The notes under the pieces are model-generated. The model was not told the origin of the DNA, did not search any database, and was given only the letters and a program-made list of their open reading frames with translations. A stretch of DNA of 64,000 nt from NCBI GenBank assembly GCA_002717385.1, contig PBDR01000017.1, forward strand, positions 8,847 to 72,846, in the 5' to 3' direction. Both the position numbers and the translations under genes were made by a program. This document shows, piece after piece, positions 21,347 through 31,744 of this stretch. The number at the start of each line of letters is the position of its first letter. Position 1 is the stretch's first letter. Source of the stretch: Chloroflexota bacterium (GTDB lineage Bacteria > Chloroflexota > Dehalococcoidia > Lucifugimonadales > Lucifugimonadaceae).

Positions 21347-22801
21347 TCAAATTAATGATTCAATAGCACTTTTAGTCAAATTTAACAATAATGCCGGTAA
21401 AACACCGAGGAATATTATTCCTAAAGCACCTATAGAATATGTTACATATAGAGTTTTATTTACTGGAATGTTTTCAGAAGAATTTGATTTATCAAAAATT
21501 ATCTTTTTTATAATTCTAAGATAATAATATGCTCCAACAACTGTATTAATTCCACCTATAACAGCCAACCAAATTAACCCAGAATCTATAGCTGCACTAA
21601 AAACAAAGAGTTTCCCCATAAAACCAACAGTAGGAGGCATTCCTAATAATGACAATAATCCTAAAATAATAAAAATTGCAAGAAAAGGTGAATTATGTAT
21701 TAGACCATTTAGATTATCTATTCGATCATCATCAAACTTGGAATTGATCAATAAAAAGACAAAAAATACAGTTAAATTAGAAAATCCATATCCAGCTAAA
21801 TAATAAAGTAAACCATTTACTCCCAAACCATTTGATGTAAATGCAGCTATTCCTATAAGCATATAACCAGCTTGGGCAATAGTTGAATAGCCAAGCAGTC
21901 TTAAAAAATTTGTTTGCCTCAAGGCAATGAAATTACCAATAGACATACTTAATACAGAAACTAGAGAAAAAACAGTTACCCAAAATTCTACAGAAATAGA
22001 ATTATCCAAAGTAATGACAAAAATTCGGATCACAATTGCAAATGCCGAAGCTTTAGAAGCAACTGATAGAAATGCTGTAACTGGAATAGGTGCTCCTTGA
22101 TAAAAATCTGGAATCCATGATTGCCAAGGAACTAAAGCCATTTTAAATCCAAAACCAGCAATTATAGCAACTATTGAAAATAATAAGGCAGGTTCAGCAA
22201 TATTAGTATTTTTTAGCTCGATTGCAATCTGAGTGAGATGTGTGGATCCAACAAGACCATATAAAAAAACAAACCCATAAATCAAAATAGCAGTAGAAAC
22301 AGAAGATAAAACAAAAAATTTCAACCCAATTTCAGCAGAGTATTTTCCTCTTCTGATAGCGCCTAAGGCTATAAGTGGTAATGAACTTAATTCTAATGCT
22401 ACATAAATTGTAATCAACTCCCTTGCTGAAACCAAAACCATCATCCCAGTAAGGGAAAGTAAAATCAGTATTAATAATTCTCCCCTATCATGTTTAATTC
22501 TCAGTAAATAGTCACGTGAGACAATAAATGTAAAAATTGTGACAAAAATAATAAGAAAATAGAAAAAAACTGCAAATTTATCAACGGATATTGTGTCTCC
22601 AAATAGATATTCAGATGAAGATACAAATGTCCATTCAAACCATATATTCAACGAGGATAGTAAAGCTAATACTAGAAAAAATAAACTTGTATAAAGTGTT
22701 TTATTAAAATTATTCGCTGTTACTTCAACTAAAATTGTAGCTAAAACTGAAATTCCCACAAATACTATAGGTAATATCATCCATAATTCTTGATTCGTCA
22801 T
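21347..22801 (-). CDS. nuoN: NADH-quinone oxidoreductase subunit N
   Basis: ALELSSLP, FKMALVPWQSWIPD, RLLGYSTIAQAGY and GMPPTVGFMGK. Confidence 0.93.
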   Translation of the reverse strand: MTNQELWMILPIVFVGISVLATILVEVTANNFNKTLYTSLFFLVLALLSSLNIWFEWTFVSSSEYLFGDTISVDKFAVFFYFLIIFVTIFTFIVSRDYLLRIKHDRGELLILILLSLTGMMVLVSARELITIYVALELSSLPLIALGAIRRGKYSAEIGLKFFVLSSVSTAILIYGFVFLYGLVGSTHLTQIAIELKNTNIAEPALLFSIVAIIAGFGFKMALVPWQSWIPDFYQGAPIPVTAFLSVASKASAFAIVIRIFVITLDNSISVEFWVTVFSLVSVLSMSIGNFIALRQTNFLRLLGYSTIAQAGYMLIGIAAFTSNGLGVNGLLYYLAGYGFSNLTVFFVFLLINSKFDDDRIDNLNGLIHNSPFLAIFIILGLLSLLGMPPTVGFMGKLFVFSAAIDSGLIWLAVIGGINTVVGAYYYLRIIKKIIFDKSNSSENIPVNKTLYVTYSIGALGIIFLGVLPALLLNLTKSAIESLI

Positions 22802-22805
22802 ATTT

Positions 22806-24365
22806 TTACCTGATTACTGAACTAATACCTTTTTCAAAAATATCTACTAAAAGCTTTGGCCATATTCCTAACATTAGAATGGGTATTACCAATGAAACAA
22901 GTGGAATAATATCTTTCCAATTAGCATCTTCCAAGCTATCATAATTTTTCTTTGATAAGCCACCTTTAGATGGAACGTTTCCGAAAATCACTCTTTGTAT
23001 CATCCATAATGAATATCCCGCCGCTAGAACAATTCCAAATGCTGCAACAGTTGTCTGAATTGGCCATACTTTAAAAGTACTGATAAAAATCATAATTTCC
23101 GAAATAAATCCCGATGTCCCAGGTAAACCAAGAGAAGCAAACCCTGCCAGTAAAAAAAATACTGAAATAATTGGGGTTTTTTTCCATAGCCCCCCCAGAT
23201 GAGGTATATATCTGGTGTGGGTTCTATCGTAAATCAAACCAATCACTAAAAATGCCAAGCCAGTAATTGTCCCATGTGTAAACATCTGTAATGCAGCACC
23301 ACTCATTCCGGCAATAACAACACCATTTCCAATATTATAAGAAAAAATGCTAATTCCTAATAATACATATCCCATATGACTTACGGAACTAAATGCTATT
23401 AAGCGTTTCATATCAGTTTGACGAATAGTCACTATAGCTCCATAAATGGTAGAAATTGCAGCAAGCGTAGCTAAATAAGGTGCAGCAGACATAATAGTAA
23501 AATCATTTGTCTCCTGAAAAAACCCAACATTTATTCTCAATAAACCATAACCAGCCATTTTCAGTAAAACTCCTGCAAGCATTATAGAAACCGCAGTAGG
23601 AGCGTCTGTATGAGCATCTGGCAACCAATTATGTAATGGCCAAACTGGTAATTTCACCAAAAAAGCAATCAAAAATAAAATAAATACTAATACGGTTGGG
23701 GCTATTAAGTTATATCCAGCAATCATATCAGGTATACCTTGATCAATCCCAACAGATGGAACTGAAACCATAGCCATACTTGTAATTGGATCAGACATAT
23801 AAATTATTAATATGCCTATCAATAAAAACACACCACCCATTGCAGTAAATAAAACAAATTTCATTGCACTATAGTGAGATCTACCACTACCCCATATTGA
23901 TATCAACATAAACATTGGAATCAACTCAAACTCAAAAAATACAAAAAATAAAATCATATCTAATGATGTAAATACTCCTAATACTGCTGATTGTAGTAAC
24001 AGCAACCAAAAGTAATATTCCGTTATTCTAATATTCACTCGCCATGAAGCTAAAACTGATATCATCCCAAGTAATCCTGTTAATAAAACTAAAGGAGCAC
24101 TTAATCCATCAATTCCTAATAAATACGATGTTTTTAGTGAATTTAGCGGGATCCAATTTTCATAATAATCAACAAATTGAATCCCACCTAAGTCAGTATC
24201 ATAGTTTAGGAAAGCAACCAAAGAAAAAACAAAAGTGAATACCGATCCAAATATGGAAATATTTCTAATAATTGTTTCAGAATTAAAAATTTTATTTGTT
24301 ATCAAAAGTGATAACGCAATTACAGCAGGAGAAAAAACTAATATTGTTAAAAATCCATCAAACAC
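22806..24365 (-). CDS. nuoM: NADH-quinone oxidoreductase subunit M
   Basis: GIDGLS, KLPVWPLHNWLPDAHTDAP, LLKMAGYG, KRLIAFSSVSHMG and GLPGTSGFISE. Confidence 0.95.
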   Translation of the reverse strand: MFDGFLTILVFSPAVIALSLLITNKIFNSETIIRNISIFGSVFTFVFSLVAFLNYDTDLGGIQFVDYYENWIPLNSLKTSYLLGIDGLSAPLVLLTGLLGMISVLASWRVNIRITEYYFWLLLLQSAVLGVFTSLDMILFFVFFEFELIPMFMLISIWGSGRSHYSAMKFVLFTAMGGVFLLIGILIIYMSDPITSMAMVSVPSVGIDQGIPDMIAGYNLIAPTVLVFILFLIAFLVKLPVWPLHNWLPDAHTDAPTAVSIMLAGVLLKMAGYGLLRINVGFFQETNDFTIMSAAPYLATLAAISTIYGAIVTIRQTDMKRLIAFSSVSHMGYVLLGISIFSYNIGNGVVIAGMSGAALQMFTHGTITGLAFLVIGLIYDRTHTRYIPHLGGLWKKTPIISVFFLLAGFASLGLPGTSGFISEIMIFISTFKVWPIQTTVAAFGIVLAAGYSLWMIQRVIFGNVPSKGGLSKKNYDSLEDANWKDIIPLVSLVIPILMLGIWPKLLVDIFEKGISSVIR

Positions 24366-24394
24366 TTAAAAATCCTCAAATGTATACAAGTATC

Positions 24395-26386
24395 TTAAAA
24401 ATTCCATAAGACTATACCACAAAGTAATATTATTACCCCCAAAATCATTCCTCCAGCATAAAATTGAAGATAACCTGTCTGTCCAATCGACAAAAGTTGC
24501 CCAATTTTTAAAGTAAATTTACCCAAGTAAATATTTATATTATCTAAAAATTTCAAATCTAAAACTTCAGTGATTTTAAACAGCCGATTATAAAGAAAAC
24601 TGTTAACCAATTTATCTTCATAAATTTCATCAAAAAAATATTTTTTATCGAGTAAAATTTTTAATTTATTTATTATAAATGAATTTTTAGGTAATGAAAC
24701 GTAACCTTTAATATAAATGGCCCACGCAAGCATTATTCCAATAATCGCAATAATTGAAGAAATTATCGCAATTAAGAATTTGAAATCTGTATGGTGTACA
24801 TTATCACCAAATACTGGAACATTTTGAAATAATAAATTTGAAAACCAGTGTTTACTTATTAAAGGTATATCAAAAACTGGATTCACAAAAAAACCAAGGA
24901 AAATCGCAAAGAAAACTAGAATTAACACTGGAATTAACATGACTTTTGGTGCTTCCGACTTGTGAACATCCTCTAAAGTTTCAGGTATAACAAGTCCTTT
25001 TTTCTTTAAATCTTTTTTTTCTTGTGTCCCTCCTCCTCTAAATTCACCATCAAAAGCCAAAAATATCGCCCTAAACATATAAAAGGAAGTCATAAAAACA
25101 CCAATTATTGCTAGAAAAAACAATATTGAATTTGGTGAAAGAAAAGAAAAATCATTAAATAAACTACTTAAAATTTCATCTTTAGACCAAAATCCAGAAA
25201 GTGGGAAAATACCAGCTAAGCTCAAACTTCCTATTAACATTGACCAATAAGTCACTGGCATAATCTTTTTCATACCACCCATATATTTCAAGTTAAATGT
25301 CCCAGTCGAATGATGTAAAGATCCAGAACCTAAAAATAATGCAGCTTTAAAAAATGCATGGGTCAAAAGATGAAAAATTGCTGGACCATATGCACCTATA
25401 CCTAATGCAAGCATCATATATCCTAATTGGCTTACAGTTGAATAAGCTAATACTCTTTTAATATCATTTGAAACAAGAGCCATAGAAGCGGCAAAAATAA
25501 CCGTAAAGGCACCTATAAATGAAAGTATTATCTGAGATTCATCAGAAAGACTAATTATAGGGAAAATTCTTGCAATCAAAAAAACACCCGCAGTTACCAT
25601 AGTTGCAGAATGTATTAAAGCTGAAACAGATGTCGGACCTTCCATTGCATCAGGTAACCATGAATGTAATGGGAATTGAGCAGATTTACCGACAGCTCCA
25701 GCTAAAAGAGCAATTGAGAATATTGTGGCCACTGTATGGGTAAAATCCGGAAGATGTACCGCATTATAGAGTGTTGGAATATCAAGCCATTCAGGATTTT
25801 TTGAAGCCAGATACATAATCCCAAACAAAAACCCAAAATCTCCAAATCTTGTCATTAAAAAAGCTTTCTTAGCTGCCTTAGCAGCTGATGGTCTATTCAT
25901 CCAAAAACCTATCAGTAGATAGGATGTAACTCCCACTAATTCCCAAAAAACAAACAATTGTACAAGATTTCGAGATGTAACCAAACCTAACATTGAAGCA
26001 GTAAATAAAGACATATAAGCATAATATCTAACGTAACTAATATCATTTTTCATATACCCGATACTATAGATTTGTACAAGTAAACTTACCCCACTTACAA
26101 CCACAAGCATAATGGCAGTTAATTGATCTAATAGTATTCCAAATCCAATTTCGAATGATCCATAAGAGAACCATAATCTTGAATCATATTCATAATTACC
26201 ATTGGAATTCACATGGTATAAAGCAAGTAAAGAAAATAAAAAAGAAATCGAAATAGTAAAGATGGTAAGAAGGCCAGAAATTTTGGAATTAGTGCCAAAA
26301 AAGATCCGGATAAAAATAGAATTTACCAAAAAACTAATAATCGGAGATAATATAATTAAATATACTGGGATATCAGAATCAAACAA
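24395..26386 (-). CDS. nuoL: NADH-quinone oxidoreductase subunit L
   Basis: WELVGVTSYLLIGFW, KSAQFPLHSWLPDAMEGPT, HAFFKA and GFWSKDEI. Confidence 0.95.
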   Translation of the reverse strand: MFDSDIPVYLIILSPIISFLVNSIFIRIFFGTNSKISGLLTIFTISISFLFSLLALYHVNSNGNYEYDSRLWFSYGSFEIGFGILLDQLTAIMLVVVSGVSLLVQIYSIGYMKNDISYVRYYAYMSLFTASMLGLVTSRNLVQLFVFWELVGVTSYLLIGFWMNRPSAAKAAKKAFLMTRFGDFGFLFGIMYLASKNPEWLDIPTLYNAVHLPDFTHTVATIFSIALLAGAVGKSAQFPLHSWLPDAMEGPTSVSALIHSATMVTAGVFLIARIFPIISLSDESQIILSFIGAFTVIFAASMALVSNDIKRVLAYSTVSQLGYMMLALGIGAYGPAIFHLLTHAFFKAALFLGSGSLHHSTGTFNLKYMGGMKKIMPVTYWSMLIGSLSLAGIFPLSGFWSKDEILSSLFNDFSFLSPNSILFFLAIIGVFMTSFYMFRAIFLAFDGEFRGGGTQEKKDLKKKGLVIPETLEDVHKSEAPKVMLIPVLILVFFAIFLGFFVNPVFDIPLISKHWFSNLLFQNVPVFGDNVHHTDFKFLIAIISSIIAIIGIMLAWAIYIKGYVSLPKNSFIINKLKILLDKKYFFDEIYEDKLVNSFLYNRLFKITEVLDLKFLDNINIYLGKFTLKIGQLLSIGQTGYLQFYAGGMILGVIILLCGIVLWNF

Positions 26387-26397
26387 GTTTCATACAC

Positions 26398-26592
26398 CTA
26401 TAATTTCCTCAAAATCTCATCTGCTACATGTTCTCTACCTTTTGGAACAAGAATTCTATAAGATGATTTCTCATCCCAATCAAGAATTTCCCCTTCAGGA
26501 AAAATTTTAACTGGAAGGCCTTCACCTTCAAACAAATCTCTCCACATTTCAGCTGTTTGAAGATTTTTAGTTTTTTTATAATCAGACCACAA
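26398..26592 (-). CDS. Small soluble protein (DUF2007/PII-like fold candidate) between nuoK and nuoL
   Basis: 64 aa; AEMWRDLFEGEGLP...ILVP...ADEIL pattern; AAAGGA RBS 9 nt before the TTG start. Confidence 0.75.
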   Translation of the reverse strand: MWSDYKKTKNLQTAEMWRDLFEGEGLPVKIFPEGEILDWDEKSSYRILVPKGREHVADEILRKL

Positions 26593-26598
26593 TATTAA

Positions 26599-26952
26599 TC
26601 ATCCTTTCAATTCATTGAAATCTACAATATCAACAGATGATTTTTTGTTAAACATTACGAACACTAAAGCCAGAGCCAAAGCTGACTCTGCAGCAGCTAT
26701 AGAAATAATAAAAACCCCAAAAACATGCCCAGATAAAGCAGTATTAAGAGCAAATGAAGAAACATCAAAACTATTATTCATTAGTAATGCAGATGGAGTA
26801 AAACGTGAAAATGATACCGCTGCAATAATGATTCCGTTAAACATTAATTCGATTGACATAATAGTTGAAACAATATTTGTTTTCGATAAAATTCCATATA
26901 ATCCTATACAAAAAACTGCTGCAGATAATATAAGTAAAGAATCTAATGTCAT
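26599..26952 (-). CDS. nuoK: NADH-quinone oxidoreductase subunit K
   Basis: FCIGLYG, MSIELMFNG and IAAAESALALA. Confidence 0.92.
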   Translation of the reverse strand: MTLDSLLILSAAVFCIGLYGILSKTNIVSTIMSIELMFNGIIIAAVSFSRFTPSALLMNNSFDVSSFALNTALSGHVFGVFIISIAAAESALALALVFVMFNKKSSVDIVDFNELKG

Positions 26953-27563
26953 TGTTTTCTTCTCTGTCTAATAATTGTCAGACTGCCAATTAATGCTGAA
27001 ATTAATATAAAACCTATAACTTGTAATGGAATCAAAAAATTAGATATCAGGGAAGAACCAATTGATAATGTACTATTTATAAAAACTCCTTTATTTACTC
27101 CATCAGATAAAACCTCTGCCTTTTTAATTAAAATTGATCCAGATTCGGATTCTTCGAAATAAAATCCCTCTAAACCAGCTAATGCATCTTCATTCTCTAT
27201 AGAATCCATAGAATTCCATTCAGTTACTTGAGAAATAAAGATCAATACAAAGAAAAGAAAAGAACATAAAAATGCAGATAATAACCTATACTTTGAATAT
27301 TTACTTCCATCCACAACATCTTTAATAAACATTACTGCAAAAGCAATTAATACTGAAACTGCTCCCACGTATACTAAAATTTGCACAACCCCAAGAAATT
27401 CTGCATTTAGAAGAAAAAATATTATCGCAACGCATATAAAAACAAAAGATAGTCCAATCGCTCCTCTAAAAATATTTCTAGCTGTGACTACATAAAAAGA
27501 ACCTAGAATAATCAAAAAACTGACTACCCAAAAAGTTATATCTATAAAAAAATTCCCTGACAT
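26949..27563 (-). CDS. nuoJ: NADH-quinone oxidoreductase subunit J
   Basis: LNAEFLGVVQILVYVGAVSVL; ATG at 27563 follows the nuoI stop. Confidence 0.92.
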   Translation of the reverse strand: MSGNFFIDITFWVVSFLIILGSFYVVTARNIFRGAIGLSFVFICVAIIFFLLNAEFLGVVQILVYVGAVSVLIAFAVMFIKDVVDGSKYSKYRLLSAFLCSFLFFVLIFISQVTEWNSMDSIENEDALAGLEGFYFEESESGSILIKKAEVLSDGVNKGVFINSTLSIGSSLISNFLIPLQVIGFILISALIGSLTIIRQRRKQ

Positions 27564-27564
27564 A

Positions 27565-28233
27565 TTAATTATTTCTATCAACCCATCTATCTTTCATAGT
27601 TCTTTTTTCAGGTTTTTCATGCCTTCCTGCTTCATAATGGTCTTCAATTTCGGAATCAAAAGGGTTAAATTCTCTTTCTTCAAATTGTGGTCTATACCAA
27701 GAACTAGGCTTTTTATCTGAATTATTTAAATTATCTTTATTAATCACCAATTTATTTCTTACAGTTGTACTTCTTTCAAAAGATGTTCCCATATGTAAAG
27801 CATCGTAAGGACAAGCTTCAACACACAAACCACAAAACATACATCTACCAATATCTATATCAAAAACATCAATTGAATAATTTTCGCCCTCTTGAATATC
27901 TGTCGACCCTGGAGAAGTAACAATTTCTATTATCCCAAGTGGACAATATTTAGCACAACTAGCACAACCAGTACAACGATCTTCAAACCATGCAAATTCA
28001 TTCCCTCTAAATCGAGGAGATTGTGGTATTTTCATAGGAATTTCTGCCATTCCAAATAATGATAAGATTGCCGATTTTGGAGTCTCAAGAAACAATTTCA
28101 AAGGAGTGAGTGAATTATATCTTGATAACTCAGGGAGCCAGACTCTTCTATTAGGATACTGAATAGTGGCTGGAAATCTAAAAAAGTTAATTAGGGTTAT
28201 TTTTAGACCTCTTAATAAACCTGGTCCTATCAA
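27565..28233 (-). CDS. nuoI: NADH-quinone oxidoreductase subunit I
   Basis: TIQYP, RFRG, CTGCASCAKYCP and CMFCGLCVEACP. Confidence 0.93.
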   Translation of the reverse strand: MIGPGLLRGLKITLINFFRFPATIQYPNRRVWLPELSRYNSLTPLKLFLETPKSAILSLFGMAEIPMKIPQSPRFRGNEFAWFEDRCTGCASCAKYCPLGIIEIVTSPGSTDIQEGENYSIDVFDIDIGRCMFCGLCVEACPYDALHMGTSFERSTTVRNKLVINKDNLNNSDKKPSSWYRPQFEEREFNPFDSEIEDHYEAGRHEKPEKRTMKDRWVDRNN

Positions 28234-29498
28234 TTTACCATCTCCTTCTTATTAATAAATGAGCTTTTTATTTTTTCTGTTCCAACAGGATAAGGGGTAG
28301 TATTTTTCAAATTACTAAAATTATCCTTGACACTTCTATTTAAAAATTTACTTACTATAATCAAGGAAAATATACATATTACCCAATTAATTATGGCCAT
28401 TATCCACATCTCATTTACAGAAGGGTCAGGTTTAATTGATATCATTATAGTGGTAACTATTATATTTATTAACGTAAGTTCAAATAGTCCTTTCCATGCG
28501 AGATGTAAAATTTGATCTATCCGCATTCTAGGCCAAGACATTCTCACCCAAACTATCAAACCCAAAACTAAAATTAATTTAATGCCAAACCAAATATGAC
28601 TTGGTAAAATTTCTGGACCCTTCCAACCAGCAAGAAAAACTGTAGCGATAACCGCCGATGCTCCTATAGTTGCCGCAAATTCAGCCAAAAAGAAAATTCC
28701 AAATTTCATACTCGAATAGTCATTTAAATAACCCGCACCAAGCTCAGATTCTGCTTCAGTTAGATCAAAAGGAGTTCTATTAATCTCAGCAAGGGAAGCT
28801 AAAAAGAAAACAACAAAACCGAGCGGTTGCAATAAAATAAAAGGGATTTTTTGAGCTTCAACGATACCATTCAACGATAAAGTTCCTGATAGCATCAATA
28901 CTCCAACTAAAGATAATGCCATGGGTATTTCATAACTTATCAAAACTGCAACAGCTCTTAATCCTGAAAAAATTGATATCCTATTCCCTGATGCCCACGA
29001 AGCAATTACCACTGCCAATCCACTTAAGGAAGTAACAGCCAAAATAAATAACAGACCTACATTTAAATCAACTACAAAAGTTCCAATACCCACTGGAATA
29101 ACTGAGAAAACCATAAATACAGGAAAAACCATTAAAACAGGGGCCAAGTTAAACAAAAATTTATCAGCGTCTACAGGCACTACATCTTCTTTGAACATTA
29201 CTTTAATCGCATCAGCCGTCGAAGTGAAAACACCCATCGGCCCCCAACGATTCGGACCAGATCGGTTTTGAAATCTACCATATAATCTTCTTTCACCCCA
29301 TATTGATAAAATTACTGCTCCTAAAATCCCATTGATATAAATAAAACACAATAAAAATCCAGATATTAAGAATGCAAGCCATTCAAATCCTAAAGGTAAA
29401 ATCCCTAAAAAATTTCCGAAGTCACTACAACTTTCATTCGTATTCACCAAATTACAATAGATAAATCGAAAAATATTATTTTCCACTATCATATCCAT
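28230..29498 (-). CDS. nuoH: NADH-quinone oxidoreductase subunit H
   Basis: ERR...QNRSGPNRWG, ADAIK, ISYEIP, AEINRTPFDLTEAESEL and PRMRIDQ. Confidence 0.95.
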   Translation of the reverse strand: MDMIVENNIFRFIYCNLVNTNESCSDFGNFLGILPLGFEWLAFLISGFLLCFIYINGILGAVILSIWGERRLYGRFQNRSGPNRWGPMGVFTSTADAIKVMFKEDVVPVDADKFLFNLAPVLMVFPVFMVFSVIPVGIGTFVVDLNVGLLFILAVTSLSGLAVVIASWASGNRISIFSGLRAVAVLISYEIPMALSLVGVLMLSGTLSLNGIVEAQKIPFILLQPLGFVVFFLASLAEINRTPFDLTEAESELGAGYLNDYSSMKFGIFFLAEFAATIGASAVIATVFLAGWKGPEILPSHIWFGIKLILVLGLIVWVRMSWPRMRIDQILHLAWKGLFELTLINIIVTTIMISIKPDPSVNEMWIMAIINWVICIFSLIIVSKFLNRSVKDNFSNLKNTTPYPVGTEKIKSSFINKKEMVN

Positions 29499-30607
29499 TA
29501 TCTATCTACTTCTCCCATATTTAAATCTATGCTACCGAAACTAACAAATAGATCGTTAAACAATTCTCCTATAAGCATTTCTCTTAAAAGAGTTAGGTTT
29601 ATCAATGAAGAAGCCCTTACATGGCACCTATAAGGTGCAATACCGCCGTCACTTACCAAATAGAATCCAAGCTCGCCTTTTGATCCTTCTATTGCCGAAT
29701 ATACGTCACCTGGTGGTGGCCGTAACAATCTTGGTACTTCATCAAAAGATGGTCGAACAGGACCAGGTTCAATTTTATCTATACATTGTCTAATTATTTT
29801 TACACTTTCTCTAGCCTCTTGAATTCTTACCCAAAATCTTGCAAAATTATCAGAAGAATTATGTAGTGGTCTATGAAAGTTGATCTGATCATAAAAATCA
29901 TATGGGTTTCGATGTCTTAGGTCCCAATCTACTCCACCCGCCCTTAACATCGGTCCTGTTATTGAAGCATTAACCATAGACTCAGGAGATAAAATAGAAA
30001 CCCCAATAGTTCTAGACTTAATGATTTCATTGGCTGATAACAATTCCTCTAATTCATCAAATGCATGAGGAACATCTAACAATACTTTATCCAATGCAGG
30101 CCAAAATTCTTCTGGAGCATCCATATAAACTCCGCCAGGTCTCAAATAAGAATTTGTAATACGAGCACCACATAACATTTCAAAAAGATCCAATATATAT
30201 TCCCTTTGCCTCATAGAATAAATTAAAGGGGTCCCAAGAGCCCCTAAATCTTGGATAAGAAATCCTGTAGCTACTAGATGACTGGCTATTCTTTGTAATT
30301 CTGAAGCAATCATCCTCAACCAAACACCACGAGGTGATGGTTCAACATTTGCTAATTTTTCTACAGCCAAAATATAAGACTGATTATTCAACATTGATGA
30401 AACATAATCCATCCTATCCGTAAGAGTCAAAACCTGCGTATATGTTCTTTCTTCTGCTAATTTTTCAGAACCTCTATGTAAATAACCAAAAACTGGCTCT
30501 ACATCAACAATTTCCTCTCCGTCAAAAGTTACTCTCATACGAAAAACTCCATGAGTTGATGGGTGCTGTGGACCTAAATTTACTGTAACTGGCTGAGTGG
30601 AGGGCAT
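29498..30607 (-). CDS. nuoD: NADH-quinone oxidoreductase subunit D
   Basis: NLGPQHPSTHGVFR, GYLHRGSEK, DRMDY, KGELG and GEVDR; no NiFe-binding Cys. Confidence 0.95.
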   Translation of the reverse strand: MPSTQPVTVNLGPQHPSTHGVFRMRVTFDGEEIVDVEPVFGYLHRGSEKLAEERTYTQVLTLTDRMDYVSSMLNNQSYILAVEKLANVEPSPRGVWLRMIASELQRIASHLVATGFLIQDLGALGTPLIYSMRQREYILDLFEMLCGARITNSYLRPGGVYMDAPEEFWPALDKVLLDVPHAFDELEELLSANEIIKSRTIGVSILSPESMVNASITGPMLRAGGVDWDLRHRNPYDFYDQINFHRPLHNSSDNFARFWVRIQEARESVKIIRQCIDKIEPGPVRPSFDEVPRLLRPPPGDVYSAIEGSKGELGFYLVSDGGIAPYRCHVRASSLINLTLLREMLIGELFNDLFVSFGSIDLNMGEVDR

Positions 30608-30608
30608 T

Positions 30609-31085
30609 TTATTTATTATCAGTAACTATTGATTGATCATATGTAATATAATCTTTTCGTAATGGATAACCAGGATATCCTTCCCATAAAAATAAACGTT
30701 TAAGATTGGGGTGTGATAAAAATTTTATCCCTAATAAATCCCAAATCTCTCTTTCTTGATAATCAGCGCCTCTCCACACACCCACTACACTTGATAAAGA
30801 TGGGTCTTTTCTTCCAAATCCCACTTTAGTTTTAATAACAGCCGAAGCATTCTTTGATAAAGATGTAATATGATAAATAACTTCAAAATAATCTATATAA
30901 TCAACAGCTGTAATACTATTTAATAAATCAAATTTAAATTCCTCTTTCTCTCGCAAAACATTACATACTTCTAGTAAATTCTCATTTTTAATCCACACAT
31001 CATATTTATTTGTTGATACTAAACAGCCAGGTAAAATTTGATTTAGCATTTTTCCTAATACAATACCTTTCCATTGATCTGTCAT
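30609..31085 (-). CDS. nuoC: NADH-quinone oxidoreductase subunit C
   Basis: TAVDY, EREIWDLLGI.F..HPNLKR and YPLRKD. Confidence 0.93.
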   Translation of the reverse strand: MTDQWKGIVLGKMLNQILPGCLVSTNKYDVWIKNENLLEVCNVLREKEEFKFDLLNSITAVDYIDYFEVIYHITSLSKNASAVIKTKVGFGRKDPSLSSVVGVWRGADYQEREIWDLLGIKFLSHPNLKRLFLWEGYPGYPLRKDYITYDQSIVTDNK

Positions 31086-31744
31086 TAATTACCTGCCGGA
31101 TTAGTAGTTAGACTGTATCGTCTTACTTTATCGTGTAATTGCATTATTCCATATAAAAGAGCATCTGGTCTTGGTGGGCATCCTGGAACATATATATCAA
31201 CTGGAACAATATGATTTACACCAGGGACTACAGAATAACTCTGATAATATGGTCCGCCAGAAGTTGCACATACTCCCATAGAAATTACCCATTTAGGTTC
31301 AGGCATTTGATCATAAAGTCTTTTCAAAGGAACAGCCATTTTCCAAGTAACAGTACCAGCAACAATCATCAAATCTGCTTGTCTTGGACTGGCTCTCATT
31401 GCCTCCATTCCAAAACGTGAAATATCATATCTTGCCATTGCAGTTGCAATCATTTCGAACGCACAGCAAGCTAACCCAAACTGTAAAGGGAACATAGATG
31501 ATTTTCTAGCCCAATTTAGTAAATAATCTACGGATGTAACCATTATATTGTTTTTTACATCTTTAGGAATATCAACTAAAGGCTCCGGATAAGGTTGTAT
31601 GTTATTAGCTTTGATCTGATTAACCGACTTACCTTCATTTTTATCCATATCCCATGTAATTTCATGTAATGGTCCATCAGAAATATCTGGAATAGGAACA
31701 CCATATCCATCAATGGTATCGTCTAATTTCGGTTGTAAATCCAT
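31085..31744 (-). CDS. nuoB: NADH-quinone oxidoreductase subunit B
   Basis: [22 protein letters not shown] and VPGCPPRP. Confidence 0.95.
   Translation of the reverse strand: MDLQPKLDDTIDGYGVPIPDISDGPLHEITWDMDKNEGKSVNQIKANNIQPYPEPLVDIPKDVKNNIMVTSVDYLLNWARKSSMFPLQFGLACCAFEMIATAMARYDISRFGMEAMRASPRQADLMIVAGTVTWKMAVPLKRLYDQMPEPKWVISMGVCATSGGPYYQSYSVVPGVNHIVPVDIYVPGCPPRPDALLYGIMQLHDKVRRYSLTTNPAGN

Noticed and set aside
26592..26601. nuoK TGA stop is in frame with the downstream 64-aa ORF (possible readthrough or selenocysteine fusion)
   Set aside because: NuoK ends at its normal position, the small ORF has its own AAAGGA RBS at good spacing, and no SECIS-like hairpin is evident. In-frame arrangement occurs one time in three by chance.
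29498..31744. NuoB/NuoD as a group 4 NiFe hydrogenase
   Set aside because: NuoD lacks the CxxC nickel ligands and ends GEVDR, as in complex I.
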